64,000 nt of DNA, from NCBI GenBank assembly GCA_050951325.1, contig JBMNIW010000012.1, positions 735,039-799,038 on the forward strand. The letters run 5' to 3'. This DNA comes from Clostridia bacterium. Lineage in GTDB: Bacteria > Bacillota > Clostridia > UBA1212 > DUPL01. The translations under genes were made by a program, and so were the position numbers. The notes beneath the pieces are model-generated. The model had not been told where the DNA came from and searched no databases. It worked only from the letters and a program-made list of their open reading frames with translations. Shown in pieces: positions 29,761 to 39,259 of this stretch; position 1 is the first letter of the stretch; every line of letters starts with the position of its first letter.

Positions 29761-31335
29761 ATGAATAAAAAGAGATTTGCATTTCTCATGTTGATTGGAG
29801 CGTTTGTTATGCTGGTTTCTTGTAACACTTCCAAAGTAACTGAAAATAACAGCCCATATTATCCGTTTTACGATCCTTCCGTTGCTCCAGCTCCAAAGGA
29901 TGTAGCGGGATATACGGAAAAGATGGGCATAAAAAGGATTCTGTCCGAGTTTGAGTACGGTGCGGAAACGAAGTACAACCAGAGAGACTCAAACAGCCCA
30001 CATTACTTCACTCCAGATGATAATATTAAAGCAACAACTGACAAAGATGACAACTGCAATTTTTGGGTGGATACTGGGGAGGAGATGCTTTATATTCTTC
30101 ATTCGCCTGGTGAAACGAATTATGAGGATCTTTCTTTATATACCCAGTTAAGGGTTGTTTTCAGAATCCTTGGTAAAAAGGAGAAAGCAAAGCTGTCGCT
30201 TAGGATATTTGATGAAGGGGCGAAGGCATGGATAACCCTTGGCAGTGTGGAACTTCCCGCAAACGAAAAGCATGAGCTGATATTTTCTCTTGGATATGTA
30301 AGTGAAGAGATGAGGAAGGCGGTCTCCAAGATTGGAATAAGCGGTGAAAAGGGAATGACAAATGAGATTTACTACCTTGATGTTTATAATCCGGAAAGTG
30401 TGAAAAGGAATGTAGAAATAAAGGACTTGACCTTTGAAACTGAATATCTGGGAAATGTAATATCGTCAAGGCTGGGTCCGTATTCTGCCAGTGGATTTTA
30501 CGACAAGGATGACGGAAAGTGGAAGTTGTGGTATGGCTGTGGAATTCCTGAAGCCATTTGTTCGGACAACGTATACTACATTGAAACCACCGATCCAAAG
30601 CTGGGATGGTCAAAGCCTGTAAGAATCATCCCGGATGACAAAAGTGGACTTTTGTTTCCATACAATGAAGCGCCAGGTTATGGAGGGGACCCTTCGGTAA
30701 TAAAGGTTAATGGAACATATTACATGTACTTTTCAGGCATTGTAAAGGGTACCGACGGAAAGTGGCCGCACCACAACGATATATTTGTGGCAACTTCAAA
30801 GGACGGTATAAATTTTACAGTACACGAAAAGCCTGTTGTTCCTTCCAGTGGAGGCGGCTCCCTTGGATATGGTACCGGCTCTCCCAGTGTAGTATACAAG
30901 GATGGCACATTTTATCTATACTACTACACTCAAAGTGAAAGCCCGGGAGGGTTCAAGCTAAGGACTTCCACCGATGGGTTCACTTATGGTGAAGATATTT
31001 ATTGTCATCAGCAGTTCGTTGGTGATGTGAAGTATGTTGATGCAATAAACAAGTGGGTTGGCATATACTACACTGAAACAGGACAGGAAGGAGCCAGCAC
31101 TATTGCGGGAATAAGGCTTATGTATTCTGATGATGGAATCCGTTGGGTAAGAGGAAGCAGCAATTCCCAAATGCCAAGCCAGGATTTCTCAGCTGTCATA
31201 AACCATAATCCTGGATTTATTGGAGACAGTTTGGGGCATGGTTACACCACTATGTTTTATACGTACGGGAACAATGACTCTAAGCCTGCAACTGGCCTGA
31301 TGTATACCACTCTGACACTTTGCAATATGACATGA
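29761..31335 (+). CDS. Lipoprotein five-bladed beta-propeller glycosidase (GH43/GH32-like)
   Basis: Lipobox LVSC. Blade motifs GDPSVIKVNGTYYMYFSG, ATSKDGINF, GSPSVVYKDGTFYLYY, SDDGIRW. True end may be 31376 (see findings). Confidence 0.75.
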   Translation: MNKKRFAFLMLIGAFVMLVSCNTSKVTENNSPYYPFYDPSVAPAPKDVAGYTEKMGIKRILSEFEYGAETKYNQRDSNSPHYFTPDDNIKATTDKDDNCNFWVDTGEEMLYILHSPGETNYEDLSLYTQLRVVFRILGKKEKAKLSLRIFDEGAKAWITLGSVELPANEKHELIFSLGYVSEEMRKAVSKIGISGEKGMTNEIYYLDVYNPESVKRNVEIKDLTFETEYLGNVISSRLGPYSASGFYDKDDGKWKLWYGCGIPEAICSDNVYYIETTDPKLGWSKPVRIIPDDKSGLLFPYNEAPGYGGDPSVIKVNGTYYMYFSGIVKGTDGKWPHHNDIFVATSKDGINFTVHEKPVVPSSGGGSLGYGTGSPSVVYKDGTFYLYYYTQSESPGGFKLRTSTDGFTYGEDIYCHQQFVGDVKYVDAINKWVGIYYTETGQEGASTIAGIRLMYSDDGIRWVRGSSNSQMPSQDFSAVINHNPGFIGDSLGHGYTTMFYTYGNNDSKPATGLMYTTLTLCNMT

Positions 31336-31467
31336 GGGAACTTGACTGGGGCAGACTGACAATATTTTACAAATAAAACTTTATTTATCGTTGGTTTAAA
31401 AATGTACTTGTTAATTTGTACACAATATTGTATAATTTGCTTAACACAAAATACATAGGAGGGTGTT

Positions 31468-32403
31468 ATGAAAAGAAAATTATTAATTATTTCTTTAATT
31501 CTTGTTTTTGTACTAGTATTGTCAGTTGGTTGTAAAAAAACAGGTGGAGATGATCCAACGCCTACCAAAGAACCAGACACAACAGCTACTCCTGAACCTG
31601 AAGTAACTGAAGAACCAACTCCAACTCCAATACCTGGACCACAGGTATATGTGGATGAGGACTTTTCTGAAGATTATCCGGATGAGCCACCAATGCTCGA
31701 TGGATGGCATTTCTGGGATGTGACAAATGGAGGTAATAGCAAGGTCTATGAACAAGGTGACAATAAATATTTCCGTATCCAAGGATTTATTAGCATGACT
31801 TACCTTGATTTGTTTGAAACTCCATATACTTTCCAGTTTGATGCTAGAGGAGTAAAAGCTGACGAAGTTGGAGCTGTGTTTGTACGCGGCAACAAGGAAC
31901 TTACAGTACCAGTATCAAAAAATCCTACCGGTGCCGGCTATTATGAAGCTGACGATAGTGGTACTAAGTTTACAAGTACAACTGGTATAGGATTGTGGTT
32001 CAAAGAGAATGGAAAACTGACATTGTTTATTAAGACCCTTGATACATCAAAACCAGCAAAAATTGGAAACTGTTTTGCAGAAATTGAGTGTTCCTATTCT
32101 GCATCTAACTGGAACAAGATTAGAATTGATGATGACTGCAAAGGAACAATCAAGTACTATGTAAATGATGACCTTATTGCAACTATTGAGTATTCCGATC
32201 TTGGTACTTATGATGATTTTGATCCATTGTTCGATGGCGAGAACTTCTACAAGAAGGCGGTTATCAAGGATAAAGACGGCAACGAACTTGCAAGCACAGA
32301 TAGTGCATTCATCTATGAGTATAGTGAGATTGCATTCGGTATGAGAACTGCCGCTATTGATGTTGACAATCTGCTTTTGAAAGACTTGGAACTTGAAGAA
32401 TAA
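31468..32403 (+). CDS. Lipoprotein jelly-roll protein (family A) with PT linker
   Basis: RBS GGAGGG, lipobox SVGC. VDEDF, TGIGLW, KDKDGNEL, AFGMR..VDNL. Confidence 0.7.
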   Translation: MKRKLLIISLILVFVLVLSVGCKKTGGDDPTPTKEPDTTATPEPEVTEEPTPTPIPGPQVYVDEDFSEDYPDEPPMLDGWHFWDVTNGGNSKVYEQGDNKYFRIQGFISMTYLDLFETPYTFQFDARGVKADEVGAVFVRGNKELTVPVSKNPTGAGYYEADDSGTKFTSTTGIGLWFKENGKLTLFIKTLDTSKPAKIGNCFAEIECSYSASNWNKIRIDDDCKGTIKYYVNDDLIATIEYSDLGTYDDFDPLFDGENFYKKAVIKDKDGNELASTDSAFIYEYSEIAFGMRTAAIDVDNLLLKDLELEE

Positions 32404-32419
32404 ATATATAATTGATTTT

Positions 32420-32444
32420 TTTAAGGGGCTTGTAGCCCCTTAAA
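32420..32444 (+). terminator. Terminator hairpin
   Basis: TTTAAGGGGCT-TGT-AGCCCCTTAAA. Confidence 0.7.
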
Positions 32445-32555
32445 GTTTATCCATTGTCTTTTTGAATTTAGATAGAACAAATTCATGGGTTTGGATTCAG
32501 GTGTTTTATCTGATAAGCAGATGTAAAGAAAACTCAACTATGTTTTCAACAAATA

Positions 32556-32584
32556 ACCCTCTTTAAATCAAGGTTAAAGAGGGT
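32556..32584 (-). terminator. Terminator hairpin after GH31 gene
   Basis: ACCCTCTTTAA-ATCAAGG-TTAAAGAGGGT. Confidence 0.7.
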
Positions 32585-32592
32585 AGTTTGCT

Positions 32593-35500
32593 TTATACAA
32601 ATACTATTTTTACATTTCTCTCTTCATACACTGGCTTTTTGGCCAAAACAATCTCAATCACATCATTGTCCGGAGAACTTCCTTCATTTGCATAAGGCAT
32701 AGAGTCAGTGTTTTTCGGAATTACTCTGACCTCTTCATCACTGCCATCCACGGTCACCTTGCTAATATCAAGACCTTCCCAACCCAATGGTTTTCTAATC
32801 CTTATTACATATCCTCTTTCCTGCAGTGAGCCTTCAAAATCACCTTCAGCCTTTGAGATATTAATATCCATACTCTTTGAACTTTCGTCCACTTTCAGTG
32901 AAAAGTATGTTTTTCTGTATTCGCCCCGTTTGTATGCATTTGTAATTGTGTCATCCTCATAAAGTTCCTGTGTTACAGCTCCGTTGGTATCCGGATAGAT
33001 GTCGAGGGTAATAGGATCGTGAGGCTTTTCACTGGTATACTGCATTTCAGGTGCCAGAGGAATTATTGTCCCCAGTTTGATATACATTGGTGTTTCCCTT
33101 AATGAGACAATCTTTGTTAATGTTTTGTCTCCTTCATGTACTTCACCTGTCCATGCATCAATCCATTTTCCTGGAGGCAGCCACAGTTCTCTTTGTGTGC
33201 CTATCTCTTCAACAGGCAGGGCATAGACTGTTATCCTTGCATTTCCTTCAATTTCTAGATACTCGACCTTGATATCATAAGTTTTGCCTTTTTCAAGTAC
33301 GAAATCCGCCACATTCAGTACTGCGTTCTGTGGTTCCCACTTGTCGAGAGTGAGTTCATCGTTTATCCAGATGCGAACACCGTCATCTGACATAACAGCC
33401 AGATTGACATCGTAATTACCTTTAACGGTAATTTTTCCTGTCCATCTTGCTGTAAAGCTGTTGTTTCGTACATCCTTGTGAGGACTGTTTGTCCCCCAGT
33501 TGAAATCTATTTGAGAATCTATTCTTGTCAGAACAGGATTGTCCTTCAAGCTGTTGTTATTAAAGTATTCAGCCTTCAGGCCTGGTTTTCCATCACTGGT
33601 TTCAAGCCAATCCTTTGGAATAGGCTGGTCACCTATGTTTTCATATATTGGAGCTATAAGTATGCTGTCTCCCAGCAGATACTGGTTGTTCCGCTTTGCC
33701 TCCTCATATTGAGGATATACCAAGTCAAGTCTTCTGAATATGGGTTCTCCAGTATCGTAGTTGTGTTTGCTAAGGGTATACATGAGAGGAATCAGTCTGT
33801 AGCGCATGTTTAGATAGTCTCTTACAATGTTCTCAGCTTCCTTGCCGAACATCCAAGGTTCTCTTGTCTGATTAGCAGAGTGGACCCTGTAAATGGGAGA
33901 CAGTGCTCCAAACTGCATCCATCTCACAAATAATTCTGTGGAAATTTCATCAAAGTGACCTCCCAGGTCCTCAGCAAGATAGGGGAAAGGGGCATGCACG
34001 CCAACATACACCATGTTTTCGATTGCCTCTTTTAACATGTTGCTGAATGTGTCTCCCGTCCACTGAATGGGATAACGGTGTGCTGCAATATTGGGTGCCC
34101 TGTTTAGCTTGCCATTGTCAATGCCATCAAAGTTTGCAAGAATCAAGGGTCTTAAGTTGCCTTTGTAATAGGAAGTAATGTTTCTGTATATCTCCATGCC
34201 CCATACTTCCTTGTTTATGCCGGGCAGCGGTTCAATTGAGGTGTGCCAGTTGCGGTCATACCACCATATATCAAGACCTTTCTCTAGCAACAGGCCAAGG
34301 CCGTTGGTTCTGAACTCCAGCTCCTGTTTTGTCAATGGTGCTCCCACACTTCCTGGGTGGTCATTGAACATGACTTTTACATTCTTTTCATGAGCATTGT
34401 TAAAGAAGCTTTCAACATCAGGGAAAAGTTCTGTGTTAATTATATATCCATCGGAACCACCGACTCTCCAGTCAGTATCTATAACCAGCACATCTAAAGG
34501 TATGCTGCGTTTTCTGAAGGCCTCAATTCTATCAAGAGCAGTCTTGTCAGAGTAGGGGTAATACTTGCTTTCCCAGTTACCCAATGCATACATTGGTATC
34601 ATGTCCGTTCTTCCTGTAAGGTTGATGAAGTCTAAACGCAGTGTTCTGTATTCGCCTTTTGGAAGAAAGACGTAAACATCATCGGCATCGTTGTTCAAAT
34701 CCCAACCATTGTTTTCAATTTCTTTTTCTTGAGGAATGAATCCATGCTCAGAGGGAACAACCCTCGGTTTGTCGATGATAGACCAGACTTCTGTGTTTTC
34801 AGAAGGTCCGGGAAGCCATTTGCTGTTTGATTCATTGCTGTATTCCCACAACAATGTGTCATCTTTTTTATATATTGAAACATTATATATGCTTTTGGCA
34901 TCCTTGCGAACCTTTATGACAAACTCATCAAAAGATAGATGCACGTGGTTGCCTTTGGTTTCCTTTTTGTAGGAAGCCCCTATCCAGTCTCTTTGCTCAA
35001 TATGAAAAGTGTTTCTGTCCTCAAAGCCCTTGGGTCCTTTTTGTTCTATTCTTACAACAGTTGGACTTAAGATTTGTATTCTTACATCACCAATTGTTTC
35101 AGAGCAAAGGGTTCTTAAGTTGTTTGTATCATCAATGGAAACATTTTTGAACTTTGCCTGTGCCTTTTTTTTGCTATCCTTGGACGAAACAACCATTCCA
35201 AGATACAAGTTGTCACTAAGCTTGGGGATGCTCGTTTCATCTACAAGCTCCCAGGCCTTTCCGTCTTTGGATTTGTACTGTCTTACAATATTCCCTGTTT
35301 TGACAAGTCTCAGGTAAACATCTTCGTTATCTGAGCTGATGAAGGATACCAGTCTGTCTGTATCTCTTTCCCTCAGTTCAAGACCTGCAGCAGCGTTATT
35401 ACTTGCATCAAACACTCTTGCGGTTATTGTTTTGTCTCCCGCAACTTCCTTATGAACAAAGTTTTTGTCCGTTGTGGAAACAACAAAGGTGGAATTTGAA

Positions 35501-35613
35501 AACCTGACGTTTCCTTCGTGATTCCAGTTGTCTAGTTCTTTGTTGTTAGAAATAATGTTTATGGCTAAAACCAAAGAAAAAATCAGTATTATGAAAACAT
35601 GGTATCTTTTCAT
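32593..35613 (-). CDS. Exported GH31 alpha-glycosidase with inserted PA14 domain and DUF5110-like C-terminus
   Basis: IPLDVLVIDTDW, WWYD, QWTGD, EDLGG, ELFVRWMQFGALSPIYRVH, QYLLG. PA14 motifs GLKAEYFNN..FTARWTG..SDDGVR. Then LYEDD. Confidence 0.9.
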   Translation of the reverse strand: MKRYHVFIILIFSLVLAINIISNNKELDNWNHEGNVRFSNSTFVVSTTDKNFVHKEVAGDKTITARVFDASNNAAAGLELRERDTDRLVSFISSDNEDVYLRLVKTGNIVRQYKSKDGKAWELVDETSIPKLSDNLYLGMVVSSKDSKKKAQAKFKNVSIDDTNNLRTLCSETIGDVRIQILSPTVVRIEQKGPKGFEDRNTFHIEQRDWIGASYKKETKGNHVHLSFDEFVIKVRKDAKSIYNVSIYKKDDTLLWEYSNESNSKWLPGPSENTEVWSIIDKPRVVPSEHGFIPQEKEIENNGWDLNNDADDVYVFLPKGEYRTLRLDFINLTGRTDMIPMYALGNWESKYYPYSDKTALDRIEAFRKRSIPLDVLVIDTDWRVGGSDGYIINTELFPDVESFFNNAHEKNVKVMFNDHPGSVGAPLTKQELEFRTNGLGLLLEKGLDIWWYDRNWHTSIEPLPGINKEVWGMEIYRNITSYYKGNLRPLILANFDGIDNGKLNRAPNIAAHRYPIQWTGDTFSNMLKEAIENMVYVGVHAPFPYLAEDLGGHFDEISTELFVRWMQFGALSPIYRVHSANQTREPWMFGKEAENIVRDYLNMRYRLIPLMYTLSKHNYDTGEPIFRRLDLVYPQYEEAKRNNQYLLGDSILIAPIYENIGDQPIPKDWLETSDGKPGLKAEYFNNNSLKDNPVLTRIDSQIDFNWGTNSPHKDVRNNSFTARWTGKITVKGNYDVNLAVMSDDGVRIWINDELTLDKWEPQNAVLNVADFVLEKGKTYDIKVEYLEIEGNARITVYALPVEEIGTQRELWLPPGKWIDAWTGEVHEGDKTLTKIVSLRETPMYIKLGTIIPLAPEMQYTSEKPHDPITLDIYPDTNGAVTQELYEDDTITNAYKRGEYRKTYFSLKVDESSKSMDINISKAEGDFEGSLQERGYVIRIRKPLGWEGLDISKVTVDGSDEEVRVIPKNTDSMPYANEGSSPDNDVIEIVLAKKPVYEERNVKIVFV

Positions 35614-35668
35614 TTCAATCTCCTTGTTGGTTTGATACGTATATTATACATTACAACCAAAAGAAAAA

Positions 35669-35684
35669 CCACACAAATGTGTGG
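35669..35684. promoter_or_regulatory. Palindromic candidate operator in divergent promoter region
   Basis: CCACACA-AA-TGTGTGG between the divergent GH31 and GH99-like genes. Confidence 0.4.
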
Positions 35685-35760
35685 CTATGCAGACGTAATT
35701 AAACTTTGACACAGGATTTGGCTCTCTGTATAATCATGTTTAGGAGAAGGGGTGTGCAAT

Positions 35761-38175
35761 ATGCGAAAGAAACTGATATTTATTGCTTTGATTGTGTTTC
35801 TTGTGTCCGTGATTTTTGTATATAGCGCAGATGATACTGTAGTGAGTTTCTTTACTGATACTGAAAAGAATGATTTCAATTTAACCTTATCGGAAAGGGA
35901 AAGGTTTTCAGTAAGGTTTCATGCATCCAATTCCTTTGACAAGCTTGACATATTTTTTGTATCAGTAAAAGGAAGTAGTAAAGTCAAGGTTTCCTTGTAC
36001 AGGTGGGAAGGAAAATTGCCTGAAGGACAGGAGGCTCTTGAATCAAGAGAGTTTTCAAGTCTAAACAAGTCGTATGCATCGTTTGATTTTAATGAAAAAG
36101 AAAAAGGCGAATATTTATTGGAAGTTGAAGTTGTTGCAGGAACTGCAATACTGAGGAAAAGCCAGTACAAACGCTCGCAGGTGGATTTGTACCGAAACGG
36201 ATATGTTGAAGGAGGCAGTATTGATGTAAAGCTTTACTACACAAGCAAACCGGAAAAGGACCTTGAGCAGTTGTCCTCTTTTCACCCTCCAAAACATACG
36301 CCAATGCCCGAGCCTGAATACAAGATGGATGAATTTGCTGAAAGAATAAAGCCGGATACATGGACTGGAGTGGATGGTCTTGGCAGAACACTGCCTTTGT
36401 ATTCAAACATTAAAAAGGGCAAAAATGACAGAATTGTTGGCATTTTTTACTGGACTTGGCATGGTGAGCTTTCAAAGGCAAGTAGAGCAAGAAATATTAC
36501 AGAGATAATCAAAAAGTATCCTGAAGCAATAAATGATTTTAAACACAGGGCGTGGGAAGGCTATTCCGGATATCACCATTGGAACGAGCCTCTTTTTGGA
36601 TACTATTCCACCAATGATGAGTATGTTTTGAGAAAGCATGCAGAAATGCTGGCGGATGCGGGTATCGATTTTATTGCTTTTGACTGTACAAACGGCTCCT
36701 ATACCTGGACGGAATCCTACATGACTTTGCTAAAGGTGTTTTCTGAAGCGAAGAAGGACGGAGTCAGGGTGCCAAAGATAACATTTATGTCAAACTTTGC
36801 TCCAATTGACGCCACATGGAATCTTGTAAAACAACTGTATACAGAACTGTATAGACCCGGTCTTTACAATGACCTTTGGTTTTACTGGGAAGGAAAGCCG
36901 CTTATGTGGGCATATCCTCACACAATTCCTGAATACGATGATATGGGCAGCGAAATACTTGAATTCTTTACATTCCGATATCCATACGCAGAAGGAATAT
37001 GGCCGCTGGATGAGAATTATTCCTGGGGATGGTCGGGCTACTATCCCAACAAAGGATATGTAAAGAAGAATGGTGTGTATGAGCAGATGCCCATAAGTAT
37101 CGCAATAAATCATGGAGGCCCCATGAACAATCCTGATGCTTGGGGCAGGGCCTTTTCCCACAGCGGATATGAAAGCTCATACACATACGGTGGCAAGACA
37201 ACACTTGTTGACAGCAAAATGGAAAATGCGATAAAGTATGGCATATTTATACAGGAACAGTGGGATTATGTTATAGAGGAGAATCCGAAGATTGTGTTTG
37301 TCACAGGCTGGAATGAATGGGTAGCTATAAGGCATGAGGAGTGGGGAGGTTATGAGAACGCCTTCCCGGATCAATTCAATGACGAGTTTTCAAGAGATAT
37401 CGAGCCCTCCAATGGAGAACTTAAAGACAACTATTACTACCAGCTGGTTGCAAATGTTCGAAGGTTCAAGGGTGTAAGCAGGCCTGATACGTATAAAAGG
37501 AAGAATACAATAGATATATTTGGGGATATAAGGCAGTGGGATAATGTAGAAGCTGTTTTCAATCATTATACGAACAATACAAAGAAAAGAGATCACGCAG
37601 GGTATATTGGAACGTATTATAAAAGTGATACAATGAGGAACGACATAAAAAGCTCCAAGGTTGCTTTTGATGACGAGTACATATACTTCTATGTGGAAAC
37701 TGTAAATGCCTTGACTGACAAAAACGATGAAGCCTGGATGAGACTGTTTATAGATGTGGATTTTACAGGTGTAACTCCCAACTGGGAAGGTTTTGAGTTT
37801 GTTGTAAACAGAACAAGTCCTCAGGACAAGTGCTATGTGGAGAGGTCCATTGGAGGATGGAACTGGGAAAAGGTTTTCGAGGCGGATTATTCAATTAAGG
37901 ATAATGTACTGCAGATTGCAATTCCCAGAAAGGTCATATATCAGAATGAAGATATTCCATCCTTTTCCTTTAAGTGGGCGGACAATAACTGTGTGGATGG
38001 TGATATTTATTCCTTCTACACCGATGGTGACTGCGCTCCAGGAGGAAGATTCTGCTTTGCCTTAAATATAGGCAATGTGGAAAACTCTTTTATCCTCGCT
38101 GCAATAATGATTTCTGTAATGATAGCTTTAGTATTGATTAAGGTTATTGTTTATAAATTCAAGACAAGATGGTGA
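35761..38175 (+). CDS. Secreted, TM-anchored GH99/GH71-like TIM-barrel glycosidase
   Basis: Signal peptide. GVDGLGR, VGIFYWTWH, HWNEPLFGYY, FDCTNG, TGWNEW, SRDIEP, FKWADN. C-terminal TM. Confidence 0.65.
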   Translation: MRKKLIFIALIVFLVSVIFVYSADDTVVSFFTDTEKNDFNLTLSERERFSVRFHASNSFDKLDIFFVSVKGSSKVKVSLYRWEGKLPEGQEALESREFSSLNKSYASFDFNEKEKGEYLLEVEVVAGTAILRKSQYKRSQVDLYRNGYVEGGSIDVKLYYTSKPEKDLEQLSSFHPPKHTPMPEPEYKMDEFAERIKPDTWTGVDGLGRTLPLYSNIKKGKNDRIVGIFYWTWHGELSKASRARNITEIIKKYPEAINDFKHRAWEGYSGYHHWNEPLFGYYSTNDEYVLRKHAEMLADAGIDFIAFDCTNGSYTWTESYMTLLKVFSEAKKDGVRVPKITFMSNFAPIDATWNLVKQLYTELYRPGLYNDLWFYWEGKPLMWAYPHTIPEYDDMGSEILEFFTFRYPYAEGIWPLDENYSWGWSGYYPNKGYVKKNGVYEQMPISIAINHGGPMNNPDAWGRAFSHSGYESSYTYGGKTTLVDSKMENAIKYGIFIQEQWDYVIEENPKIVFVTGWNEWVAIRHEEWGGYENAFPDQFNDEFSRDIEPSNGELKDNYYYQLVANVRRFKGVSRPDTYKRKNTIDIFGDIRQWDNVEAVFNHYTNNTKKRDHAGYIGTYYKSDTMRNDIKSSKVAFDDEYIYFYVETVNALTDKNDEAWMRLFIDVDFTGVTPNWEGFEFVVNRTSPQDKCYVERSIGGWNWEKVFEADYSIKDNVLQIAIPRKVIYQNEDIPSFSFKWADNNCVDGDIYSFYTDGDCAPGGRFCFALNIGNVENSFILAAIMISVMIALVLIKVIVYKFKTRW

Positions 38176-38179
38176 TTTC

Positions 38180-39229
38180 ATGACACACAGAGAGAACTAC
38201 ATTAGAAATACAACTTTCAATAATCCTGCATGGATGCCAATTTCCATCCACTGCAATCTGGCTTCCTTGATTGAGTACAAGGGTGAGCTTGAGGATGTGA
38301 TTGTAAAGTATCCTGAATATTTTGGTCCATTCCAAAAGGGCAGTATTGACTACTCGGTGTATGGGGATGGAAAATGTTCACGCAGGGAAAAGGATGCCTG
38401 GGGATATGTCTGGAACTACACCTACCATGGCCTTGAGGGTTTTGTTACAGACCATCCTCTTGACACATGGAACAAGTTTGATACCTACACTCCTCCGGAC
38501 GCAAATGAATGGATGGACCGAGGAGGTAGGATCGACTGGAATGCTGTGAAAGAGAATTTGAGAAAGCAGAAAGAGATGGGTGTTTTAACCAGTGGCTATC
38601 TGGTCCACGGCTTTTTGTTTTTGAGGCTTCAATATCTAAGAGGGTTTGAAAATGTTATGGTTGACATGTTTGACGAGGAGCCCAAGCTGTTTGAACTTAT
38701 TGAAATGATTGACAAGGAAAACTTGAAAATTGTAAGGCACTACTGCGATGCAAAAGTGGATCTCATGGAAGTACCTGAAGATTTGGGAAGTGAGAATTCA
38801 ATGGTTATTAGCAGAGACATGTTTTTAAAATACATAATGCCCTCATATAAAAAGATAACGTCCTTGTGCAGGGAAAACGGTGTGCTTACTGCTATACACA
38901 GTGACGGCTATATTGTTGATATTATGGAGGATTTGATATCCGTTGGCATGGATATTATAAATCCGCAGGATTTGTGCAATGGGATAGAGAATATAAAAAG
39001 GTTACTTAAGGGGAAGTGCTGTATAAGGCTGGACCTTGACAGGGCAAAGATTACTCCTTATGCAAACAGGAATGAAATATTTAATCTGATAGAGTATGAG
39101 ATCAAGGAATTGGGTTCTGAAAAAGGCGGCCTTGAGTTCATATACGGAATATATCCGCCGACTCCGCCGGATGCGGTGGCTTATGTATGCGAGGCTTTCA
39201 AGAAGTATGAAAGATACTGGTTTGATTAA
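38180..39229 (+). CDS. Uroporphyrinogen-decarboxylase/MtaA-fold protein
   Basis: DAWG..W, LRGFEN..DM..EP, EDLG, IHSDG, DIINP. Confidence 0.75.
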   Translation: MTHRENYIRNTTFNNPAWMPISIHCNLASLIEYKGELEDVIVKYPEYFGPFQKGSIDYSVYGDGKCSRREKDAWGYVWNYTYHGLEGFVTDHPLDTWNKFDTYTPPDANEWMDRGGRIDWNAVKENLRKQKEMGVLTSGYLVHGFLFLRLQYLRGFENVMVDMFDEEPKLFELIEMIDKENLKIVRHYCDAKVDLMEVPEDLGSENSMVISRDMFLKYIMPSYKKITSLCRENGVLTAIHSDGYIVDIMEDLISVGMDIINPQDLCNGIENIKRLLKGKCCIRLDLDRAKITPYANRNEIFNLIEYEIKELGSEKGGLEFIYGIYPPTPPDAVAYVCEAFKKYERYWFD

Positions 39230-39230
39230 T

Positions 39231-39259
39231 TAAAGACATGGGCAGAGCCCATGCCTTTA
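39231..39259. terminator. Bidirectional terminator
   Basis: TAAAGACATGGGC-AGA-GCCCATGCCTTTA between convergent genes. Confidence 0.65.
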
